A DNA stretch of 64,000 bases from an uncultured Alphaproteobacteria bacterium (GCA_963713575.1 CAVQMH010000018.1:6230-70229); one strand, 5' to 3'; counted from the stretch's first letter, positions 40,643-50,343 are shown. Notes: generated by a model from the sequence alone, not told the origin. Translations and numbers: made by a program.

Positions 40643-41503
40643 TTGGAACGAGCGATACCCGTTAGCCCCCTGTGGCTGCGTTTTCTTCAGTTTCCGCTGA
40701 CCCGCATCATCCTGCTGGGCGGACCACTCTTTTACATGATGGCCGTGAACAACGGCTTCATGGAAACGTTTAAGGGTGATCCCGTGCGGTCGATCGCGAT
40801 CACCGTCGGCATGGCGTTGCTCGCGATGGCCATTTATGTGGGCTACGGCAAACTCATCGAACGGCGCGAGGTGAGCGAACTCTCGACGCCAGGCATGGGC
40901 CGGGAATTGACGACCGGCGCGTTGATCGGCGCAGGCCTTTACACAGCCTGCGCGCTGATCTTATCGTACTTGGCATGTATCGCATCGAGGGATTGAACCC
41001 CTGGAGCTTCCTCATTCCGGGCGTGGCGATGGCCTTGAGCGCTGGAGTTTTCGAGGAACTGGTTTTCCGCGGCGTGCTGTTCCGTTCAGTTGAGGATCTG
41101 TTCGGCTCATGGATTTCGGTGGCTGTTTCGTCGTTCGTATTCGGCGCCGTTCACTTGTTGAACCCGGAAGCTACACTCGTCGGCGCGATTTATGTCGGCA
41201 TCGAAGCGGGCTTGCTGCTTGCCGCCGCCTATCTGGTCACACGCCGCCTGTGGATCAGCATCGGCGCTCATACGGCGTGGAACTATACTGAGAACGCCAT
41301 CTTCTCCGGGGTCGTGTCCGGTAGCATCAGCGATCCCGGGCTGATCCGGTCCAGATTAGGGACCGGAACTGCTGACAGGCGGCAGCTTTGGTCTTAAATC
41401 GTCATTGTTTGCGCTCGTGTTCTGCACCGGCGCCGGTGTGATCATGATGATCATCGCCGCTCGCCGCGGCCACATCGTGCCACCGCCGTGGAAGCGCGGA
41501 TGA
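40643..41503 (+). pseudogene. CPBP (CAAX) family intramembrane glutamic endopeptidase, 2-3 frameshifts
   Basis: FEELVFRGVLF, FGAVH and HTAWN motifs. Frame switches lie near 40968 and 41355. The TTG start is a guess. Confidence 0.6.
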
Positions 41504-41601
41504 TGATCCGCGCCGGATAGGGACACCGCGCGGTCACAAGGAGGTCATCCGTTCGGATCGAATGCAGAACCCGACGAGCGCCGGAGGCGAAGCGCCGGAA
41601 A

Positions 41602-43292
41602 TCACTCCGCCGCGACGACGGCTGCGGGCGTGCTTGCGGAGATGGGCTGCGCCGGGCGTGGGCGCGCGGTTGCCGTCAAGCCCCGATCGGCGAGCATGTG
41701 CGCCAGCGCGCGTTCGGAGAGCGCGGTGATCGTGAAGAGCGGGTTGACGCCGAGCGAGCGCGGGATGATCGAGCCGTCGATCACGTAGAGGCCGTCGTGG
41801 ACGGCGTTGGAGCCGCGTCCCGGCGACGTGTCAAAGACTTCGGACTTGTGATTGACGACGCCGTCCGCTGCTTCGCGGCCCATGGCGCAGCCGCCGAGCG
41901 GATGGGCGGTGGCGGGCTGGTGGCCCATCACCGTGCCGGCGAGCGGGTTCTTGACGTAATCTCCGCCGGCACTTTCGACGACGGAGCGGAGGGCTGCGTC
42001 GAGGCGGGCGTAGCAGGGTTCGTTCTGAGCGTCTTTCCAGGCGAGCGCGAGCTTGTCGCCATCAAGTCGGAAAATGCCGGAGGCCGTGTCGTGCGAGACG
42101 GCGAAATAGGTTTGCAGGCTTGCGAACGGACCTTTGTAAACGCCGGTGACGAGGCTTTGCAGTGCGCCGAGCAAGCGGCCGTTGGGCAGGAACATGACCG
42201 GCAGCGAGGGCGCGACGGCGGAGGGCACCGCGCCTTCCTGGATGGTGAGTTCGTGATCGAGATTGTCGGGATCGCGGAACTCGAGCTGTCCGGTGACGGA
42301 GGCGCCGATTTCGAGCCCATCGATGCGCGGCGGATGGCCGACGCCGACGGAGTTGACGACGGACTTGGCGCCATAGCCGAAGGCGATGATGTCGCCGTTT
42401 GCCGAAAAGCGGTGACCGAGCGCGGTCGGAAATGGCAAGGCCATAGTCGCGTGAGCGTAGAAGGATCTCGGTGGAGCCGAGCGTGCCGGCGGCCAGTACG
42501 ACGATGGCCGCTTCCAGAATGATTTCGCCACCTTTGCCGCCGGTAGGCGCGGCGTGAACGCGCCAGCTGCCATCAGCGAGACTTGGCAATATGGCGGACG
42601 GTGATTTCGGTGAACATTTCCGCTCCGTGGCGGGCGGCATCGGGAAGGAATGTGAGGGCGACGGTGTTCTTGGCGCCGACGTTGCAGCCGGCGCAGCAGT
42701 CGCCGCAGCGGGTGCAGGCGGGTTGGGCGATACCGGCGGGGTTGACGTTTTCTGTGAAGCTGACCGCGACGCGCGGTGTGACGAGATCGCGGTTCAGTTT
42801 GCGGCCAGCCTCGGCGAGCACGCCGAACTTCGTCATCTCTGAGGCGCGTGGATCGCTGGCAGGGCGCAGCCATTCTTCGGCGCGCGCGTACCCACGATCG
42901 AGGCCGCCATCCTGGCGGATCTGCCCCGGCCAGATTTCATCTTCGAAGACGCGGCGATCAGGGCGCAACGTGACGCCGGCATTGACCAGCGAGCCGCCAC
43001 CGAGACCGCGGCCGACGAGCACGTGCATGTCATCGCCGATGCGAACATCGAACAGTGCGGTGTCGGATCCGGTTTTGAAGTTCTTGCCCTGGACTTGGAA
43101 GTCATTCTTGAGGTCGGGGAATTTCGCGGGGAAGTTTCCGGTGAGGACTTCGCGGCCGCGTTCGAGGACGGCCACCGATTTGCCGGCGCGCGCGAGGTGA
43201 GAGGCTGCAACGCCGCCGCCGTAGCCGGACCCGATAATGATCACGTCGTATTTGGATTTCAGCGCGTCGAGCGGGCGCGACAGCCGGGCCAT
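41602..43292 (-). pseudogene. GMC family FAD oxidoreductase (cholesterol-oxidase-like), 2 frameshifts
   Basis: YDVIIIGSGYGGGVAASHLARAG FAD fold and CTRCGDCCAGCNVGAKNT. The C-terminal HPLGGCAMG...IDGSIIPRSLGVNP lies in a different frame. Switches lie near 42590 and 42440 (ORFs 42573..43343, 42062..42640 and 41602..42873). Confidence 0.75.
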
Positions 43293-43510
43293 GGTTAACG
43301 TCTCCCCCTGGTGTGGCGCTAGGATTAGCCGCTTCGATTGCACGGCGCACCTCCCCCAATCGTATTGTCGGCGGGGGCGTTACCAACCCGCCACGCGCGC
43401 GGAACTGATCTGCGGTTTCGACATGTTGATTCCAGAAGCGTAGTCTCCATTTGCACCCACCCGGCCGTGTCCTGAACAAATCGGCCCAAATCAGAGAAGA
43501 GGATCAACCC

Positions 43511-43945
43511 ATGCACGTGACGATCGACGATGCCCAGAACATCATTTTGGCAGCGCGCAAGGCTGCCGAGAAAACGAAGACCAAGATGTGCATCGCCGTG
43601 GTGGACTCCGGCGCCAATCTGAAGGCGTTTCATCGTATGGATGATGCCTGGGTCGGGTCGATCGATATCGCGATCAAGAAGGCCAAGACGGCGGTGTTCT
43701 TCGGTATGCCGACGGGTCTGATCGGACAGCTTTCGCAGCCGGGCGGGCCGCTGTTCGGCATCGAGCATTCGAACGATGGGCTGATCACGTTTCCCGGCGG
43801 GCTGCCGATCGTGGACAAAGAGGGCGTGCTGATCGGTGCGATCGGTGTGTCCGGGTCGTCAGTGGAGAATGACCACATCGTGGCGGAAGCGGGCGTGAAG
43901 GTGATCGGCGTCTCGGAAGTGCCGGCGCATCCCTGGCGGACGTAA
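43511..43945 (+). CDS. GlcG/HbpS-like haem-binding protein (DUF336)
   Basis: [39 protein letters not shown]....GGLPI...[24 protein letters not shown] is typical of DUF336. Start at Met 43511 with an SD upstream. Confidence 0.8.
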   Translation: MHVTIDDAQNIILAARKAAEKTKTKMCIAVVDSGANLKAFHRMDDAWVGSIDIAIKKAKTAVFFGMPTGLIGQLSQPGGPLFGIEHSNDGLITFPGGLPIVDKEGVLIGAIGVSGSSVENDHIVAEAGVKVIGVSEVPAHPWRT

Positions 43946-43973
43946 ACCGCGCGATAGGATCAAGGCAAGCGGA

Positions 43974-44010
43974 GCCCTCTCTCACGGCGTGAGAGAGGGC
44001 TTTGCCGTTT
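43974..44010 (+). terminator. rho-independent terminator after the DUF336 gene
   Basis: A 12-bp stem gccctctctcac / gtgagagagggc followed by tttgccgttt. Confidence 0.7.
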
Positions 44011-45914
44011 CTAGTCGAAGCGAGGCAGTTGGCGCATATCGAGGGTGGGCGCGCCGGCGCCGGTGTAGGTGCTGGGAGGAGCGCCTGCAATCGCCGGTGG
44101 CGCGGGCGGGAGGGCGAAGCGGCCGTCAGAGGACATGGGGACTTCGGGCGGCAGCGCGGCGGGGCGCTCGATGGCGGCTGGATCTGTTGATGCCGGTGGC
44201 GGCTTGACGAGGGAGTGCATCGCGATCCACGGCATCGCCATGACGACGGCGACCATCAGAAGCTGGATGCCCACGTAGGGTACCGCGCCCCAGTAGATCT
44301 GGGAGGTGAGGACGGGCTGCGTGATCTTACCCGTGACTTTGTCGGTGTAGGGTTCCTTGGGCGCTACGGAGCGCAAGTAGAAGAGCGCGAAGCCAAAGGG
44401 CGGATGCATGAAGCTCGTCTGCATGTTGACGGCGAGCAGGATGCCGAACCAGACCATGAAGGGGGAGACGTCGGCGACTGTTTCGACAATCGCGCCGCTG
44501 GGGTCCTTGGCCGAGATGACGGCAAAACCCATGGATTTTGCGATTGCAACGGCTTCGGGCGCGGTTCGGAAAATGGATTCCGCGGCGGGCTTGAGCAGCG
44601 GCACGAGGATGAAGGCCAGCTCGAAGAAGTCGAGGAAGAAGGCGAGCAGGAAAACGAGGATCATGACGGCGATGAGGAAGCCGTACATGCCGCCAGGGAG
44701 CGAGGTGAGCAGGTGCTCGACCCAGATGTGGCCGTTCACGCCGTAGAAGGTGAGCGAGAAGATGCGGGCGCCAATGAGGATGAACATCACGAAGGCGGAG
44801 AGCTTGGCGGTCGCCTCGGTGGCTTGGCGGACGATGGCCCAGTTGAGGCGCTGAGGTTCGCGATTGGAATAGCGGTTGATGCCGGCGAGAAGCAGCGCGC
44901 CGACCGCGCCCATGGCGCCACCCTCCGTCGGCGTGGCAAGGCCGACGAGGATGGTGCCGAGGACGAGGAAGATCAGCATCAGCGGCGGCACCATGACGAA
45001 GGTGACGCGCTCGGCGAGCGGGGAGAGGAAGCCGCGTCCGGTCTGACGGAAAATGAGATTGTTGATGAGGGTGATGACAAGCGCGATCAGGACGACGGCG
45101 AGAACCAGGATGAAGAAATCCATGGCCCCATAGCCGGAGTTCCAGAGGCCCGCCGTGCCGATGCCTCCGGAAAAGAGCGTGAGTACTCCGAGCGACAAGA
45201 GGCCGCGCGAGCCATCGGGCTTGCGGTGACCGATTTCTTCGGGTGGCAAGCCGGGGCCGGCGGCGGGATTGATGCGGCAGACGATCAAGACATAGAGCGC
45301 GTAAAGGCCCGCGAGCATGATGCCGGGGAGGAGCGCGCCTTTGTACAACTGATCGACGGAGCGGCCGAGCTGATCCGCGATCACGATGAGCACGAGCGAG
45401 GGCGGGATGATTTGCGCGAGTGTTCCCGAGGCGGCGATCATGCCGGAGGCGAGTCGGCGGTCGTAGCCGTAGCGCAGCATGATGGGCAGCGAGATCAGGC
45501 CCATGGAGATGACGGAGGCGGCGACGACGCCAGTGGTTGCCGCCAGAAGGGCGCCGACAAAAATCACGGCATAGGCCAGGCCGCCGCGGATGGTGCCGAA
45601 GAGTTGGCCGATTGTTTCGAGCAGGTCTTCGGCCATGCCGGAACGTTCGAGAATCAGGCCCATGAAAGTGAAGAACGGGATCGCGAGCAGCGTATCGTTG
45701 CGCATCACGCCATAGATGCGGCCAGGCATGGAATCAAGCAGCGGCCACGAGAGCGTGATGATGCCGTCGGAATAGGGGGCGAATTCGACGCCAACGACGA
45801 AGAACATGAGCCCCACGGCGCCGAGCGAGAAGGCGACGGGTAGCCGAGCAGCAGGACCACGACGAGTGCCGCGAACATGAAAGGCGCAAGGTTCTGCGCG
45901 AGGAAGGCGGCCAT
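44011..45914 (-). pseudogene. dctM: TRAP transporter large permease subunit (long DctM type) with a single -1 frameshift near 45838
   Basis: The N-terminal 25 aa (MAAFLAQNLAPFMFAALVVVLLLGYP) are in ORF 45705..45914 and the rest in ORF 44011..45816. Restoring one g in ccgtcgcc gives ...GYPVAFSLGAVGLMFF. The C-terminal tail is Pro-rich. Confidence 0.8.
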
Positions 45915-45963
45915 GGTCGTCCGTGTCCCCGCTCGCGCTATTCGTTAGGTGAAGCAGCGGCCG

Positions 45964-46503
45964 TCACGGCTTCGTGGTAGCCGCCTTTGGATGCAGGCTC
46001 CTCAAGTCGCCGCGCATGATGGCGATGCGCTTGATCAATTCGGAGATCCCCTGCACAAAGAGCAACGTGAAGGCGACCGGGATAAGCGCCTTGATCGGCC
46101 ATTGCGGCAGGCCACCCGCGTCTTTGGATTGCTCGTTCTGGAGCCAAGAGATGGGAGAATGGTAAGACGTGTAGATGATGAGGGCTGCGGTCGGCAGCAG
46201 AAAGAAGACGTGGCCGATGATCTCGATAATATTGTGCGGCCGCTGCGAGAAATATGCGCTGACGATGTCGATGCGGATATGGTCGTTGTCTTTGAGCGTC
46301 CAGGGAGCTGCGAACAGGAACACCAGCCCGAACAGCCACCACTGAACCTCGAGCCAGGCATTGGAACTGGTGTCGAACAGTTTACGAATGATGGCATTGC
46401 CGGCGCTGATGATCGCAGCGATCAGAATCAGCCAGGCGACGTGCCGGCCGATCCAGGTGTTCACTGCGTCGATCGCGCGGCTCAATCCGAGTAGCGCCTG
46501 CAT
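45964..46503 (-). CDS. dctQ: TRAP transporter small permease subunit
   Basis: 179 aa, 4 TM (MQALLGLSRAIDAVNTWIGRHVAWLILIAAII...). The 432-aa ORF in the track is an upstream read-through, antisense to the next gene. Confidence 0.8.
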   Translation of the reverse strand: MQALLGLSRAIDAVNTWIGRHVAWLILIAAIISAGNAIIRKLFDTSSNAWLEVQWWLFGLVFLFAAPWTLKDNDHIRIDIVSAYFSQRPHNIIEIIGHVFFLLPTAALIIYTSYHSPISWLQNEQSKDAGGLPQWPIKALIPVAFTLLFVQGISELIKRIAIMRGDLRSLHPKAATTKP

Positions 46504-46711
46504 CCCTGCCCCGTTTCCCCATTGTCCTGTCGGTGCCGCCCCCGATTGCCGCACCCTTGTTTTCAGGCCCGCCCGTGCCTTCGTATACAGGCGAGCCTTG
46601 GTGACTTCCAGCCGGCCTCTCCTAGTATTCAGCCGCATCGTGGCGGGGTTGGCCAGCGCCCACATCGAGGCTGCACGCCCCCCATCGCCCGACCACTCCC
46701 AGGAGAACGGA

Positions 46712-48262
46712 ATGACTGTGGACAAAAACAAGGTCCTGGACGCGCTGCGGCGCGTCAAGGGGCCGGACCTGACGAGCAATCTCGTTGACCTGGGGCTTAT
46801 CTCCGAGGTGCTGATCAAGGACGACCGCGTGTATTTCTCAATCACGGTTCCGGCGCATCGCGCGCAGGAACTGGAGGCGTTGCGGCAGGCGGCCGAGAAA
46901 GTCGTCAGCGGTATTGCTGGCGTGGCAGGTGCCACCGTGGTTCTGACGGCGGAGCGGGGGGCTGAAACGCAACGGGCGCCAGCGCCGCCGCCGATGCGGC
47001 CGGCACCGCCACTTGCCAAAGAGCACGAGCGCGTGCGCGATGCGCGTGCCAAGGGAGCCGCCGGCGACGGGGCCGCTAATCGGGCGGCACCGGCAGGTCC
47101 CGCGCCGACGATCACGCCGCGTTCGGCGAACCAGCCGCTCGGCATTCCGGGCATCAAGCATCTGATCGCGGTGGCGTCGGGCAAGGGCGGTGTTGGCAAA
47201 TCGACGACGGCGGTCAATCTTGCGCTGGGCCTTCGTGCGATCGGTCTCAAGGCCGGCATCATGGATGCGGATATCTATGGGCCATCGCAGCCGCGCCTTC
47301 TGGGGCTGTCCGGCAAGCCGCATGTGACGGAGCAGAACAAGCTCCGGCCGATGGAAGGCTATGGGCTCAAAGCCATGTCCATGGGCTTCATGGTGGACGA
47401 GGGCACGCCGATCGTCTGGCGCGGGCCGATGGTGGTGCAGGCGCTGAACCAGATGCTGCGCGAAGTGATGTGGGGCGACCTCGACGCGCTCATCATCGAC
47501 ATGCCGCCGGGCACGGGTGACGTGCAGCTGACGATGGCGCAGCAGGTGCCGCTGTCGGGCGCGGTGATTGTTTCCACGCCGCAGGATCTGGCGCTGATCG
47601 ATGCGCGCAAGGGGCTCGCCATGTTCCAGCAGGTGAACGTGCCGGTGCTCGGTCTCATCGAGAACATGAGCTATTTCCTGTGCCCGAGTTGCGGGACGCG
47701 CAGCGACATCTTCGGGCACGGCGGGGCGGAACTGGAGGCGCAGAAGCTCGGGCTGCCGTTCCTCGGCGGTGTGCCGCTGCACATGGAAATCCGCGAGCGG
47801 TCGGACAGCGGCCGCCCCATAGTTGCGACGGCTCCCGATAGCCCGCAGGCGCAGATTTATCGCGAGATCGCGGCCAAGGTCTGGGGCGAGGTGCAGAAGG
47901 CGGCGGGGGCGGCGGAGAAGCCGCCGGATTTGATGGTGTCGCCGGGAAGTGACGTGCTGCACGTGGCGTTCGAGGGCGGGGAAAAGTTCGACCTGCCGGC
48001 CGAGATGCTGCGCGTGATGAGCCCGTCGGCGGAAGTGCAGGGCCATTCGCCCGAGCAGCGCGTGACGCTGGCTGGAAAGAAGAACGTGCGGATTTCGGAA
48101 TTGCGTCCGATCGGCAATTATGCGGTGCGGATCGTATTCGACGACAAGCACGATACGGGTTTGTTCACGTGGGATTACCTGCGCACGCTCGGGCGCGAGA
48201 CGGAGACCCGCTGGGCGGAGTATCTGGCGGAGATGGAGAAGAAGGGGCTGAGTAGGGGGTGA
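46712..48262 (+). CDS. apbC: Mrp/ApbC-type Fe-S cluster carrier ATPase with N-terminal DUF59-like and C-terminal DUF971-like domains
   Basis: The ATG at 46712 follows aggaga. Translation begins MTVDKNKVLDALRRVKGPDL... (DUF59/MIP18-like). There is a deviant Walker A (ASGKGGVGKSTTAVNLA) and a CPSCG motif. The C-terminal 95 aa (LHVAFEGGEKFDLPAEMLRVMSPSAEV...YAVRIVFDDKHDTGLFTWDYLRTLG) are DUF971-like. Confidence 0.85.
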   Translation: MTVDKNKVLDALRRVKGPDLTSNLVDLGLISEVLIKDDRVYFSITVPAHRAQELEALRQAAEKVVSGIAGVAGATVVLTAERGAETQRAPAPPPMRPAPPLAKEHERVRDARAKGAAGDGAANRAAPAGPAPTITPRSANQPLGIPGIKHLIAVASGKGGVGKSTTAVNLALGLRAIGLKAGIMDADIYGPSQPRLLGLSGKPHVTEQNKLRPMEGYGLKAMSMGFMVDEGTPIVWRGPMVVQALNQMLREVMWGDLDALIIDMPPGTGDVQLTMAQQVPLSGAVIVSTPQDLALIDARKGLAMFQQVNVPVLGLIENMSYFLCPSCGTRSDIFGHGGAELEAQKLGLPFLGGVPLHMEIRERSDSGRPIVATAPDSPQAQIYREIAAKVWGEVQKAAGAAEKPPDLMVSPGSDVLHVAFEGGEKFDLPAEMLRVMSPSAEVQGHSPEQRVTLAGKKNVRISELRPIGNYAVRIVFDDKHDTGLFTWDYLRTLGRETETRWAEYLAEMEKKGLSRG

Positions 48263-48448
48263 GGGTCTTCGCCTTTCGCTGCAAGCCGGCCAACGAAGGC
48301 CGCGTCAGGTGAGTGACGCGAATATTCTTCGTTAGGCCTGGGTAGGCGTTGGAACGGAATGAGCGGGACGATCGCTCTCGTGCAGCATGGCGCGCCACTG
48401 CAACTTTCTGCCGGTCAGTATCCGCTCCAGCACCGGCCGTAGAAATTC

Positions 48449-49405
48449 TCAATTCCCTCGATGGAGAGTTCTGCTGGATCGGCGATCGTACCTGAGGCGC
48501 GGCTTGTTGAGACCATTGAGCGTGTAACGTCCCCGAATTTCGTCCGGCCCGACGACGAGGTCTTTAATATTCCACCAGCCCTTGGTGTCTCCGCCGTGAA
48601 GTGGCGGCAGAAGCCTGCCCGAAGGATGAATGCGGCCGGAATAGGAGTCGCCCGCTCCAGCTCTATTCAGCTCGATCACGACGACTGCCGGGAATGACGC
48701 ACGGTCCGCATACCAGCGCCTGTCGTCCCAGTTTTCGATCACGGGCTTATCGCCTTCGCCGTAACAGCTGAGACTGACGTCAGCCCGGCCCGCGTAAAGG
48801 GCGGGAGAAGGGCGATCCTCGTAGTTGTCGTAATTCTCGCCGCGGTTGCCATGCCACCAGGAGCTGTTGTTGCGGTCATCACGGCACAGGCTGCGCAGAA
48901 CTTCCAATCCACCTGAATGCCTGCATTCCGAGCGAGTCGTGAACCAATCGTGCATTCCCCGGCCGCAGCAGACCGTCTCGTCGTTCGACCGCGACGAAGA
49001 CCATGGACGATTGTTGCTGTCGTTCCGGCAGACCTGATTGGGGACCTCTATGCCGTTCGCGCCGCGGCACATCTCACGCGTGGTGAACCAATCATTTGAC
49101 TTCCGTTGGCAGCAAACGCGCATGCTGGCGTTCGGGTCGTTGTGATCGGCGACCTTTCCATCGAATCCCTGCTCGCGTCGGTAGCTCAACGCGGCACCAA
49201 CAGCCTGCAGGGCTTGGGCCGACGAGCATGCGGGCAATTTGCTCGTCATTCTTCCTGCGGCGTTGAAATAGACGACGCAATTGTTCTTGAAGACGATTTT
49301 GATCTCGCGGTTTTTGCCTGCGATGATTTGAGGAACTTCCGCCAGAGCGGACGAGGCCGTGCCAAAAAGAAAGATGAAAAGGACCGCGATGGCTTCTTTA
49401 CGCAC
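48449..49405 (-). CDS. secreted Cys-rich protein with an internal tandem repeat
   Basis: Signal peptide AVLFIFLFGTASSALA. Two about 39-aa repeats follow: VCC....DWFTTR.(E/M)CR..(G)G.EV.....CR.D.NN..W. No family recognised. Confidence 0.6.
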   Translation of the reverse strand: MRKEAIAVLFIFLFGTASSALAEVPQIIAGKNREIKIVFKNNCVVYFNAAGRMTSKLPACSSAQALQAVGAALSYRREQGFDGKVADHNDPNASMRVCCQRKSNDWFTTREMCRGANGIEVPNQVCRNDSNNRPWSSSRSNDETVCCGRGMHDWFTTRSECRHSGGLEVLRSLCRDDRNNSSWWHGNRGENYDNYEDRPSPALYAGRADVSLSCYGEGDKPVIENWDDRRWYADRASFPAVVVIELNRAGAGDSYSGRIHPSGRLLPPLHGGDTKGWWNIKDLVVGPDEIRGRYTLNGLNKPRLRYDRRSSRTLHRGN

Positions 49406-49489
49406 AGATTTACTCCGACCAACTGCAAGCTTCAGCTTAGCTGTTGGGAGCTATGTTGAGCAAGGGATTGGGATCGCGTGTACGACAAA

Positions 49490-49513
49490 GGCCGCGTCAC
49501 GTGTGACGCGGCC
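49490..49513. terminator. GC-rich hairpin between convergent/tandem minus-strand genes
   Basis: ggccgcgtca-cgtg-tgacgcggcc. It has tttgtcgt on the minus side and tcggtttta on the plus side. Confidence 0.55.
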
Positions 49514-49539
49514 TCGGTTTTATCGGCTCTGGAGAAGGC

Positions 49540-50058
49540 TCAAGCGGCTTTCCGGGCGATCTGCGCGCGGGCCGGGACGACCGGCTTCTTGAAGCGGGCG
49601 CCGTCGGTGGACAGGCGCAGCTTCTTGACGACGGCTTCGCGGGCGTTAAAGGCATCCGCGAAGGCCGTGAGCGCCATCTCGGGGCGCAGAACGCCCTGGA
49701 TGTCGAGTGCAACATAGCCGGTCGAGGGCCAGGCCTCGACAGCGATGCGGCCGCCAGTGAACGACACGGTGCCGGTGACGGCGCCGGTCTTCGGCTGACG
49801 CTTCATATCCGACGCCGTGACGGTGAGGCGCGAGAACGCAAGGGCGCGTCCCACGGCCCGCTGCACAGCGCGGACAGTGCCGATCTCACCGGCGCCAGTC
49901 AGATCGATGGCGACGGTCTTCAGCGATACAGTTTCGGAAACATCGTTCCCGCAATCCACGCGCTCATCGCGCGCTACCACAGCGAATTCTTCCTCTTGGG
50001 CGGGGCTTGAACGAGTCAAGTCCATCCCCAATTGGAAGAGGGCGTCATTAAAGGCCAT
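49540..50058 (-). CDS. hypothetical protein, possibly a degenerate S-adenosylmethionine-decarboxylase (SpeH)-fold protein
   Basis: 172-aa ORF. The segment TVAIDLTGAG...AVTGTVSFTGGRIAVEAWPSTGYVALDIQG resembles by eye the AdoMetDC pattern (IDLYGA ... LLAESHISIHTWPE.GYAALDIF.CG), but without the Glu-Ser processing site. Confidence 0.4.
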   Translation of the reverse strand: MAFNDALFQLGMDLTRSSPAQEEEFAVVARDERVDCGNDVSETVSLKTVAIDLTGAGEIGTVRAVQRAVGRALAFSRLTVTASDMKRQPKTGAVTGTVSFTGGRIAVEAWPSTGYVALDIQGVLRPEMALTAFADAFNAREAVVKKLRLSTDGARFKKPVVPARAQIARKAA

Positions 50059-50096
50059 TTGACCCTCCCCAACCAGCAGACAGATTTAACCCGTCC

Positions 50097-50141
50097 GCTC
50101 CTTACCTTAGGGGTGTGGGGATTGCTCCTTGACCTTAGGGG
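50097..50141. repeat. two direct repeats GCTCCTT(G)ACCTTAGGGG spaced 27 nt, upstream of the 49540..50058 gene
   Basis: Read directly at 50097..50113 and 50124..50141. The copies are identical except for one extra G. Confidence 0.6.
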
Positions 50142-50343
50142 CAGGTGGACGAACGGAGAGGGGTGCATATGAGGCCAGCGCCCCCCCTGCGCAAGAAAAA
50201 AATGACCCCGGGGGCAAAATTTTTTGCAGGTGCGTTTCACGTGCCCTTAACGCGGTTCTGCAAGGGGTTAGCTCGCGTCTTGCAGTGCAGACTTCGGTGG
50301 CTACGGCGCAGAATTTTTGGCGGCGCCGCAGAGGCTGATATCA

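Noticed and set aside
45964-47262. 432-aa minus-strand ORF suggesting a large DctQ fusion protein.
   Set aside because: Only the last 179 aa are membrane-protein-like, with a Met at 46503. The upstream 250 aa are Arg/Ala/Pro-rich and antisense to the apbC gene, so this is read-through of an open frame.
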